Of a DNA stretch of 64,000 nt, positions 38,704 to 46,809 are shown one piece after another. The stretch's first letter is position 1. Each line of letters begins with the position of its first letter. Position numbers and translations under genes: made by a program. This DNA comes from an uncultured Poribacteria bacterium (GTDB lineage Bacteria; Poribacteria; WGA-4E; WGA-3G), in assembly GCA_958296135.2 (NCBI GenBank), contig CATQHZ020000001.1, positions 4,640,001-4,704,000 on the forward strand. Direction: 5' to 3'. The notes under the pieces are model-generated. The model had not been told where the DNA came from and did not search any database. It saw only the letters and a program-made list of their open reading frames with translations.

Positions 38704-39354
38704 ATGCAACGAAGTCTATTATCCGTAATGCTGCTCACGCTTTTTGTAGCAGTAGCCATCGTTCATGATGCCGTGCCTGCCGAGGAAATTCGGGTGTGGG
38801 GCGGTAAAGTGGAAGATTTCAAAGATTCCGATGGGCGCATCTGGCACGGCGGACAGAACGAGAAGAAAGAGTGGGGCGGCTGGATAGAGAAACTGCCGCG
38901 CACGGCAGAAGTGGTGCAGCTCACCAAAGATGCAGAGAAACTCGCCAAACAGGAAGGATACGATAAAGAACTCTTCTATGCTGTCAGCTGGGCGCAATTC
39001 CCGGATACCGTCAAAATGGATTTGAAAACCGGGAAAGGCACCTTTAACGTAACGTATCTCGTCGGAGAACACTGGTCTCCCAACAACCGCGGCTTTGATA
39101 TTATCATCGAAGATGAAGTGGTGGAGGAGGAGTATGTCACCCCCGGCAATCACGAGATAGACATTAAACGCTATGAGGGCATTGAGGTGAAGGACAAGGT
39201 GATGAGCCTTGAATTTGCCGGGAATCCGAAGACCGGGGCCGGTGACCTCAACGCCATGTTCAGCGGGATAGAGGTGATTCCCGCGCTTGCCGTAGCGCCG
39301 CAGCAAAAACTCACGACGACGTGGGGCGCGCTCAAAGGCGAACGGCAAAACTAA
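38704..39354 (+). CDS. Secreted malectin-like beta-sandwich protein with C-terminal LTTTWGALK motif
   Basis: Signal peptide; F.DS.GR.W, R.FDI.IE, A..SGIEV. Confidence 0.75.
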   Translation: MQRSLLSVMLLTLFVAVAIVHDAVPAEEIRVWGGKVEDFKDSDGRIWHGGQNEKKEWGGWIEKLPRTAEVVQLTKDAEKLAKQEGYDKELFYAVSWAQFPDTVKMDLKTGKGTFNVTYLVGEHWSPNNRGFDIIIEDEVVEEEYVTPGNHEIDIKRYEGIEVKDKVMSLEFAGNPKTGAGDLNAMFSGIEVIPALAVAPQQKLTTTWGALKGERQN

Positions 39355-39465
39355 CAATATAGACGCAGGTGCCCCCCGTAGGCACGGTTTGAAACCCGCT
39401 TATTGATACTCATGGACTCTTGCGTCTATGTCAAAGCGCTCTCCTGAGCGCGAAGGAGACATGTT

Positions 39466-40116
39466 ATGAAATTGTTCACTGTTTTAACCTTAATGATTGT
39501 TCTCGCCGCCGCCGCTGCGGTGCCGGTTGTGCTAGCACAAGATGCCTTCCGGGTCAAAGGCGGCACGGCAGACGACTTCACCGATTCGCAGGGGCGCGTC
39601 TGGAACGGCGCGCAACAGGAAGATCAGGCGTGGGGCGGCTGGATCGAGAAAGCACCGCGCACCGCCGAAGTCACAAACTTGACCGCGGATGCGCAAGCAC
39701 AAGCGGAAGAAGCCGGCTACGATGTGGAACTCTTCTACGCTGTCAGTTGGGCGCAGTTCCCAGACACCGTGAAGTATCAGTTCAAAACCGGCGACGGCAC
39801 TTTCGACGTTACCTATCTCGTCGGAGAACACTGGTCTCCCAACAACCGCGGCTTTGATATTATCATCGAAGGCGAGGTTGTGGAGGCACTCTACGTGACA
39901 CCCGGCCAAGACGAGATAGACATCAAAATCTACGCGGGCATTGAAGTTAGCGATGGCACGCTAGATTTTGATTTCGCGGGAAACGCGGAAACCGGTGCCG
40001 GCGATCTCAACGCCATGTTCAGTGCATTAGAGGTGCTACCTGCCGTAAGCACTGCGGTTGACGCGAAGGCAAAACTCGCGACGACATGGGGCGCGCTGAA
40101 GAGCAATCGGCAGTAA
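39466..40116 (+). CDS. Secreted malectin-like protein, tandem paralogue with LATTWGALK motif
   Basis: Colinear 216-aa paralogue of the previous gene. Confidence 0.75.
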   Translation: MKLFTVLTLMIVLAAAAAVPVVLAQDAFRVKGGTADDFTDSQGRVWNGAQQEDQAWGGWIEKAPRTAEVTNLTADAQAQAEEAGYDVELFYAVSWAQFPDTVKYQFKTGDGTFDVTYLVGEHWSPNNRGFDIIIEGEVVEALYVTPGQDEIDIKIYAGIEVSDGTLDFDFAGNAETGAGDLNAMFSALEVLPAVSTAVDAKAKLATTWGALKSNRQ

Positions 40117-40126
40117 GCCACTTTAT

Positions 40127-40157
40127 CCGTAGGCGCGCTTTGAAAGCGCGCCTACGG
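40127..40157. repeat. Perfect GTAG REP palindrome between convergent genes (possible terminator)
   Basis: CCGTAGGCGCGCTTT-G-AAAGCGCGCCTACGG. Confidence 0.75.
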
Positions 40158-40934
40158 TTATTCGGCAATTGGCGGCGTTAAATCGCCGCTTAAAATTGTC
40201 GGACACCAGAATTTCTCAATATACTCAATGATCAGCTGCGTCCCCGCTTCGTGGCTCACATAAGGCGGCTTAAACGGGTTATACATCGCATCGGTGAGAT
40301 CGCGGGCCAGCACGGCGTTAAAGCCCCAGCGCACCATCTGCTTAATCGCGAAAGAACGTCCCAAAACACACATGTTCGTATGAACACCCATGAAGATGAT
40401 GTTCCGGATGCCTTTGTGATGGAGCAGGTTGTAAACCTCCTGTCCATCGTCGCTAATCGCGTCTGTGTCGCAGAGCTCAATCGCTGGATGCTGGCGATGC
40501 CACGCCTTGTAAGTGTCCATCTCGCCGGTGTCCGAACCGCCATCGGAGGCATCAACAGGCAGCGGCGGATCTGGGAGTTCGCGTTCCGCAGGCGGTTCCG
40601 CGTGCGGAAGTCCCAGCACCCATTGCCGCGCAGCATGTGCCCCGTAAAAATCCATCGTATCGGAAGGCGCGTGGATAATCTGCACACCGCGCGCGCGCGC
40701 GCGTCCAAGCACGATGTTCATCCGCGGAGCCATCACATTCACCCGTTCCGTTGCTCCCCAGGACCAGTGTCTGTCCCACATATCCACCACGATGATAGCG
40801 GTTTCGGCAACCTTCCACGCCACTTCTTCCTCAATGACGCGCCAGCCGTTGCGTCCGACGGTGCGTGCTTCCTGTCGGCGAACTGAGAGCGACAGCGCGT
40901 CCGAAAGTGTCTTGTTTTCATTGTCAAGTTGCAT
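40158..40934 (-). CDS. Isochorismatase/cysteine hydrolase family
   Basis: Motifs AIIVVDMW, IIHAP, GVHTNMCV. Confidence 0.88.
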   Translation of the reverse strand: MQLDNENKTLSDALSLSVRRQEARTVGRNGWRVIEEEVAWKVAETAIIVVDMWDRHWSWGATERVNVMAPRMNIVLGRARARGVQIIHAPSDTMDFYGAHAARQWVLGLPHAEPPAERELPDPPLPVDASDGGSDTGEMDTYKAWHRQHPAIELCDTDAISDDGQEVYNLLHHKGIRNIIFMGVHTNMCVLGRSFAIKQMVRWGFNAVLARDLTDAMYNPFKPPYVSHEAGTQLIIEYIEKFWCPTILSGDLTPPIAE

Positions 40935-41112
40935 CAGTCTCTCCTTTACAAAAAACTTGCCCGTATTTTATCATAATTCCACCGTTATCTCAATCTTAAT
41001 TCTCCCAGTCATAACGCCCCCCCCGGTCTGGATGCGTGCCACGATGTCTATCGCTGTTCAAAAAATGAACAGCATATCGCACATTCTATCCAAAAAACAA
41101 CGCCTGGGTAAC

Positions 41113-41335
41113 CGTAGCGCGAGGGCCGTCACGGTCACGCCTACAGAAAATGTGCGTGTGTCGCCCCGCGTAAACACGGTCACGCCTACAGAAAATGTGC
41201 GTGTGCCGCCCCGCGTCAGCACGGGCACGCCTACAGAAAATGTGCGTGTGCCGCCCCGCGTAAACACGCTACCTTACTTACTTTAACTTTGTCATCTCTG
41301 CCGCCTCGCTGCAGAGATGTCCACTGTCCCCCGCG
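41113..41335 (+). repeat. REPIN-like element containing 3 tandem 45-bp units
   Basis: Units at 41130, 41175 and 41220 (CACGGTCACGCCTACAGAAAATGTGCGTGTG.CGCCCCGCGT..); single-unit version at 63470-63566. Confidence 0.85.
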
Positions 41336-41409
41336 ATTGTAAGGAGAACTCACGCAACCGTTGTCTTGCTAAGACACACTCGGGTTCTGTACGACAAAAA
41401 ATCGGAACC

Positions 41410-41756
41410 CTAAGCATTGATAACGTGACAAGCCAACGTCACCTTGCCAGTGGCAGCCAAAACACCGCGAGGAAGAACAAAAGATGGCATACAATTTGCT
41501 TATATACTTTTATGAGATGCTCCTATGGCCCGCTCAGGAAAATGCAAAAAAGAAACTTAAGTCTTGACAACAGGCACGTCTATCAAGACGGGCGAACGAA
41601 GGTAGGTTTTCCTGCTGATGCGAGGAAACCTTCTTTGTGGCGGCGTGACCGGTGTCGGATTAACTGACTACTGTGAAGACAGCCTGATAAGGCAACGTCT
41701 TCTGCCAATCGGGAGTTAAACAATGCCTTGCGGACGACAGAAAAAGGAGAACTACC
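41410..41756 (+). repeat. Three consecutive AAC-loop-family elements upstream of the TonB receptor
   Basis: 41410-41484 (type-1 tail); 41559-41592 (GTCTTGA..TCAAGAC); 41660-41756 (GTGAAGACAGCCTGATAAG..type-2 tail, SD, ATG). Confidence 0.7.
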
Positions 41757-44057
41757 ATGAAAAAAAGACACTGCCTATTGCTATTTCTGAGTCTGGTAAC
41801 TGTTTGGGTTCCCCATCTTTGCGCGGAAACAGATACCGTTGTTAAGTTAGAGGAAGTCACCGTGACGGCCCTACGCGCGGAGAAGGACCTTTTTCATACG
41901 CATGCCGCTATCTCGGTTGTGAATTTAAAACAACTGGCGCGCGCCAACGCCGATATTACGCCGAACCTCCTCCGAGATGTCGTCGGTGTTATCGCGCAAC
42001 AGACGACTGTCGGACAAGGTTCGCCCATGCTACGGAGTCTAACCGGGTATCAGACGTTGATGCAGGTAGACTGGGTGCGGCTCAACAATTCGACATTCCG
42101 TTCGGGGCCAAATCAATACCTGTCAACGCTTGCGCCGGAGACGCTTAACCGGGCTGAGGTGCTCCGCGGCTCCAGCTCGGTGTTATACGGGAGCGGCGCG
42201 CTGGGCGGCGTTATCAGCCTCTTTACCAAAAACGTGCCGCTTGATGCCGCACGTCAAAGTTGGGATATTCAGCCGCGCGTGCTCACGCGCTATACCACGG
42301 CAACCCAAGAACGCCTCGGCAGGGCAGAAGTCCTCGGCACGCATGGACGCTTCGGGTTTCTGGTCGGCGGTAGCGCGCGAGTGTATGGCGATTTGAACGC
42401 CGGCAACGGCTATGATCTTCACTATAAAAATCGGAAGTTTGAGGTGGTAAGCGAACGAACGAACGGTGTTAAACTCTTCAAGACGCTTCCCAAGACACCA
42501 CCAGACCGGTGGCTCATTGACACCGAAACGCCGTTGGAATGGCGCGCCTACGATGCTGACGCGAAAATAGCGTACCAACTTACGGACACCAGCACCCTTA
42601 ACGTAGCATACCAAATGTGGCGGCAGCCGCAAACGCCGCGCTACGATAAAATCGCACCGCGTGAATTCGACGAATTTTACTTTGAACCGCAACATCGCGA
42701 CCTGCTCTACACCAATTATGAGGTGGATACCGTAGGAAGAGGTATTGACAAACTGCGGCTCACAGCCTCTTACCACCGGCAAAAAGAGGGGCGCAACGAG
42801 GTGAAACATGGCGCAACAACCCGCCGACAGCGGTTTGATACTGTTAACACGGTGGGATTCAGCACGCAGGCTGTCAGCACTGTTCTCCCTCGGCAACGCC
42901 TCGTCGTCGGCGGCGAATTCTATCTAGATACCGTGCAGAGCCGCACTATTAAGACAGATTTGAAGACGAACGTGGAGCAAATTGACGAAAACCTGGGACG
43001 CTTTATCAACGGTTCTCAGTTCTGGGATGCAAGTGTGTTCCTGCAAGATGAAATTGACATTCACGAACGCGTCGCGCTCATCCTCGGCGGCCGCGCAACG
43101 TTTTACCAGACAAACGCAGAACTCTCTCTCCGCGATGAGAGCTTTGATGAATTTGACGATGCGGACAGCAGCCTGACCGGCAGCGCAGGCATTGTGGTGG
43201 GATTAACAGATGCGCTGAACTTTGTGAGCAGTTTCGCCACAGCGTTTCGCGCGCCTTCGTTGAATGACACGACAGCCGTGGAGGTTACGAACGCGGGAGT
43301 CACCGCACCAAGCCCCGATTTGGAGGCAGAAACCTCATGGACAGTTGAAGGCGGACTCAAGGCGAAGCATGACTATTTCCGTGGCGCACTCACGCTATTT
43401 CACAGTCGTATCACAGGACTCGTCACGCGAGTCCCCGTAGAAGAGGCGTATGCAGGCGAAACCTTGCCGCAACTCTACCGCGACTTACTAACTACCTACG
43501 GCGATGTCGGCGTATTTGTGTTTGATAACGTTGATGCGGCGCAAATCCAAGGTGTTGAACTAGCAGGCGTAGTACCGCTGCCCGCCGCTTTGTCGCTCCA
43601 TGGGAATCTCACGTGGATGCGCGGGAAAGTACTGTTACTCAACGGCGCACCGCCAGACCCGGCGAAGCCCTGGGAGGAACATATCCGTCGAGAACCGCCG
43701 CTGAACGGCGTAATTGGCGTTGAATGGGAACCGTTACATACGCGGTTTTGGGCCGGGGTGTTTGTGCGCGGGGCCGCGGCACAGCGGCGGCTCAATCGGA
43801 GCGACATTCGCGACCCGAGGATTCAGGGAAAAACGCGGGACCCGGCGGAAGTCACCTTTGATGCAGATGGGAACGCGCTAGATGCCGGCACTCCCGGTTG
43901 GTGGACACTCAACCTACGCGGCGGAATCAAGGTGAGCCATTACAATAGCGTGACGATAGTCCTTGAGAATCTGTTGGACCGGCGGTATCGTGAGCACGGT
44001 TCCGGCATTAACGCGCCGGGGTTTAATGTCAGCATCAGTCTGGACAATCAGTTTTAG
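41757..44057 (+). CDS. TonB-dependent receptor
   Basis: TonB box (LEEVTVTA); plug (EVLRG..S.LYG.GA.GGVI); ENLLDR.Y; terminal Phe. Confidence 0.93.
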   Translation: MKKRHCLLLFLSLVTVWVPHLCAETDTVVKLEEVTVTALRAEKDLFHTHAAISVVNLKQLARANADITPNLLRDVVGVIAQQTTVGQGSPMLRSLTGYQTLMQVDWVRLNNSTFRSGPNQYLSTLAPETLNRAEVLRGSSSVLYGSGALGGVISLFTKNVPLDAARQSWDIQPRVLTRYTTATQERLGRAEVLGTHGRFGFLVGGSARVYGDLNAGNGYDLHYKNRKFEVVSERTNGVKLFKTLPKTPPDRWLIDTETPLEWRAYDADAKIAYQLTDTSTLNVAYQMWRQPQTPRYDKIAPREFDEFYFEPQHRDLLYTNYEVDTVGRGIDKLRLTASYHRQKEGRNEVKHGATTRRQRFDTVNTVGFSTQAVSTVLPRQRLVVGGEFYLDTVQSRTIKTDLKTNVEQIDENLGRFINGSQFWDASVFLQDEIDIHERVALILGGRATFYQTNAELSLRDESFDEFDDADSSLTGSAGIVVGLTDALNFVSSFATAFRAPSLNDTTAVEVTNAGVTAPSPDLEAETSWTVEGGLKAKHDYFRGALTLFHSRITGLVTRVPVEEAYAGETLPQLYRDLLTTYGDVGVFVFDNVDAAQIQGVELAGVVPLPAALSLHGNLTWMRGKVLLLNGAPPDPAKPWEEHIRREPPLNGVIGVEWEPLHTRFWAGVFVRGAAAQRRLNRSDIRDPRIQGKTRDPAEVTFDADGNALDAGTPGWWTLNLRGGIKVSHYNSVTIVLENLLDRRYREHGSGINAPGFNVSISLDNQF

Positions 44058-44062
44058 AACAG

Positions 44063-44250
44063 AATGGACAGGATGTTAAGGATTTATAGGACAACGTATC
44101 ACGTGCAATCAACGTTTCCTTGCAAGAGTGACAGTGTCTTGGACAAGCACTGCTGCGGTTTTATAGGAAGTCTTGACTGCAGAATCCCTCTCATCCTAGC
44201 CATTCTGCTCGAAAACGTTATCCAGAAAAATCCATCAATCCCGTCCATCT
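44063..44250. repeat. 9-mer-periodic inverted element with conserved core
   Basis: AGGAT and ATCC arms flank ACGTATCACGTG.AATCAACGTTTCCT..TCTTGGACAAG, shared with 52395-52570. Confidence 0.7.
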
Positions 44251-44750
44251 TGCTTCCGTTTGATAAATTCAACGACAATCGGCGGCACCATTTCCAGCAG
44301 CTTTTCCTCGCTGACCTTCCCGTGTCCCATCTGCACAACCTCCATCACGAGAGTGGAACTAATATGCGCATATTGCGTATTCGCCATCATAAAAAGGGTA
44401 TCAATATCCGGCGCGATGTGCTGATTCATCCGCGCCATCTTGAATTCCCACTCAAAATCGGAGACTTCGCGTAAACCGCGGATAATTGCACAGGCACCGC
44501 GCGTCTGTGCATAATGCGCGGTTAGCCCGGTATACTGATCGATTTCGGCGTGCGGGTAGGGCTGAATGACAGCTTCTAGCATCTGAATGCGTTCTGCCAA
44601 TGTGAAGCGGGCCGGCTTCGCCGGGTTGATACCGATAGCAACGATGAGCTGATCGAAGACTGCAAGGCTGCAAATCCGGGCGATGAGGTCTGCGTGCCCG
44701 TTTGTCACCGGATCGAAACTCGCTGGAAAAATGGCGATTTTTTTTGACAT
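44235..44750 (-). CDS. coaD: Phosphopantetheine adenylyltransferase
   Basis: Motifs P.SFDPVTNGH, IIRGLR..DFE.E, ISST.V. Confidence 0.95.
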   Translation of the reverse strand: MSKKIAIFPASFDPVTNGHADLIARICSLAVFDQLIVAIGINPAKPARFTLAERIQMLEAVIQPYPHAEIDQYTGLTAHYAQTRGACAIIRGLREVSDFEWEFKMARMNQHIAPDIDTLFMMANTQYAHISSTLVMEVVQMGHGKVSEEKLLEMVPPIVVEFIKRKQDGRD

Positions 44751-44839
44751 TTTTTGTTATTGCGCAAATCGTTCGTTCGTGGTTTCTGGTGTGAGAACGT
44801 TTCTTCGCGTAAGCCGTCATCGCCGTTAACGATGACAGC
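44751..44839 (-). repeat. AAC-loop element (type-2 tail) abutting the coaD ATG
   Basis: GCTGTCATCGTT-AAC-GGCGATGACGGC (3 G.T/U pairs) ... AACGATTTGCGCAATAACAAAAA-ATG. Confidence 0.75.
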
Positions 44840-44944
44840 ATTTTTTTGCAGAGAGAACTCGTAGGCGCGGTTTGACAATATCACGCAGGAAGCGAAAAAT
44901 GTCCAGCAGATGCGTTCATACCGATGTTGAACAGCCGCGCCTGC

Positions 44945-45183
44945 AATTCAACTGTGAAGACGGCCTGCTAAAGCAACGTCCGCTGCCAAGTGGCAACTAA
45001 ACCACCGCTAGTCACAACAAAAAAGCGATTTTGAAATAGGATACCACAAGATAAAACGTAATGCAAGTTCTTCTTGCTGTTTTACAGAAACGAAAGTCTT
45101 GACAACGGTCGCGTCTGTGAAGACGGCCTGCTAACCCCCCTGCACAGACGCAGCTGAACGACGCATTGCGAAATATAAAAAAC
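44945..45183 (+). repeat. Two tandem AAC-loop-family elements
   Basis: 44945-45024 (GTGAAGACGGCCTGCTAA..AACCACCGCTAG..CAAAAAA) and 45093-45183 (GTCTTGACAAC..GAAGACGGCC..CGCATTGCG). Confidence 0.75.
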
Positions 45184-45247
45184 TTGTATTTTAAATGCAC
45201 ATTATGCTAGAATGATGCTATCACATATCAGGGAGGAAAACTAGAGA

Positions 45248-45880
45248 ATGGGAAAAATTAATACCCTCGTCTTCGCAGGCGGGGCGATTCACGACTGGAA
45301 AGGGTGCAGTGACGCAATTGTGAACGCGCTCTCACAGCGGGACGAATTTGAGATTACCCGAGTTGAGGAAGACTTGGATGCATTAGTCTCACCGAACTTG
45401 GATGCCTACGAGCTCATCGTGTTTTATTACACCATCGGCGAGATTTCGGATGCACAGAAAAACGGCTTGCTCAACCACATTGCTTCAGGCAAGGGGTACG
45501 TCGGCGTGCATTCGGCGGCGGATTCGTTCCGTGGGTGTCCGGAGTATCGTTCAATGGTAGGCGGCTATTTCGTGACGCATCCGCGCTACCGTGACTACCA
45601 GGTTAGCATCGTGGATAGCGAACATGAAATCACGAAGGGACTGGACGAGTTCGTCGTGACAGATGAGCAGTATATCCTCGATTACGATGCCCGCAACCAT
45701 ATCCTCGCATCGGCCTTGTGGAAAGGCGACGCGGCACCGGTAGCATGGACGAAGAATTGGGGCGAAGGCCGCGTCTTCTATCTGGCACTAGGGCATGATG
45801 CAGCGGCGTGTCAGCACGAGATGTTCGGGACGCTCCTGCAGCGGGGTGCCCTCTGGGCAGGCCGTGGCGACGCAGCATAA
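45248..45880 (+). CDS. ThuA-like (class I glutamine amidotransferase-like) protein
   Basis: Motifs G.GYVGVHSA, GG.F..HP, DEQY, WG.GRVFY.ALGH. Confidence 0.88.
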   Translation: MGKINTLVFAGGAIHDWKGCSDAIVNALSQRDEFEITRVEEDLDALVSPNLDAYELIVFYYTIGEISDAQKNGLLNHIASGKGYVGVHSAADSFRGCPEYRSMVGGYFVTHPRYRDYQVSIVDSEHEITKGLDEFVVTDEQYILDYDARNHILASALWKGDAAPVAWTKNWGEGRVFYLALGHDAAACQHEMFGTLLQRGALWAGRGDAA

Positions 45881-45968
45881 GCTTTTGACATCGCGCCGAG
45901 TCGGTGTTTACCGCCGCCCGGTAAGCACAAACTTGGCGCACGACGCTCTGATACCTCGGAACGACACC

Positions 45969-46631
45969 ATGAAACCGACAATCACTAATATCCGGGTTCT
46001 GCAAGAACCGCACGCACATTGCGAACTCTTTCTGAACGGTGAACCGTTTGTCGTTATTCATGCCGAACTGATTGTCAAATTTGGGTTGCGCGTCGGCTTA
46101 GCAATCGAAACCCAGGTTATCGAGAAGTTAATCGCCGCTGACGAAGTGATGCGCGCCAAAAACCACGCGATAAATCTGATCCGCGAGGAAGAAGGCACCT
46201 CCCGGGTCAGAAGCAAACGTGACATTGCGCAACTTCTTGAACAAGAAGGGTTTGACACGGAAGCTGTTGAAACCGCCATCGCGGAATTGATACGTTCCCG
46301 GCATATCCGCGACCGGAAATTCGCGGAGAACTGGGTGCGCCGCCGGCAAAAATCAAATCCACGCGGGAAAACCGTGCTGAAGCGCGAACTTGTCGACAAG
46401 GGCGTTGACAAGGAAACCGCTGAAAAGGTTGTGGCAGAGGTAGAAACCGAAGACGAGATGGCACTCGCAGTTCAGTTGGCGCGAAAACGGGCGAAGCACT
46501 ATCAACGCCTACCGCTGCCTACAGCAAAGCGGCGTTTATACGGGTTTTTGGCGCGCCGCGGGTTTAACTCTGAAACCATCCGGCAGGTGCTTGAGCAGGT
46601 TTTTGAAAATGAAAAGGTTAAGACAGACTGA
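45969..46631 (+). CDS. recX: Regulatory protein RecX
   Basis: Motifs RS..DI, I.D..FA..W, G...LK.EL..KGV, L.GFL.RRGF. Lies upstream of alaS. Confidence 0.85.
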   Translation: MKPTITNIRVLQEPHAHCELFLNGEPFVVIHAELIVKFGLRVGLAIETQVIEKLIAADEVMRAKNHAINLIREEEGTSRVRSKRDIAQLLEQEGFDTEAVETAIAELIRSRHIRDRKFAENWVRRRQKSNPRGKTVLKRELVDKGVDKETAEKVVAEVETEDEMALAVQLARKRAKHYQRLPLPTAKRRLYGFLARRGFNSETIRQVLEQVFENEKVKTD

Positions 46632-46680
46632 TAAGTCAACGCCAGATGCGAAGTGGCAGTTGAATAACGCATTAAATTGA
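46617..46680 (+). repeat. AAC-loop-family element remnant supplying the recX stop codon
   Basis: GTTAAGACAGACTGATAAGTCAACG..GCGAAGTGGCAGTTGAATAACGCATT aligns with the 41670 and 61443 copies. Confidence 0.6.
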
Positions 46681-46709
46681 ACCATCGCCGAAAAAAAGTC
46701 CGTTTTGTC

Positions 46710-46738
46710 TTGACAAGTTTGTAAAAATAAGATATAAT
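46710..46738 (+). promoter_or_regulatory. Consensus sigma70 promoter of alaS
   Basis: TTGACA-N17-TATAAT. Confidence 0.85.
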
Positions 46739-46809
46739 GCATTAAACGCCAATCGCGGCACCGAAAATCACCGCCGAGAGCGCAGCATTGAGGGAGGCAC
46801 ACGGAAAAT

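Noticed and set aside
41130-41272. Possible CRISPR array
   Set aside because: Contiguous 45-bp tandem units with no unique spacers, and no cas genes in the window.
41590-41660. Cobalamin or other riboswitch before the TonB receptor
   Set aside because: No B12-box or other recognisable core; the hairpins are explained by REP and AAC-loop repeats.
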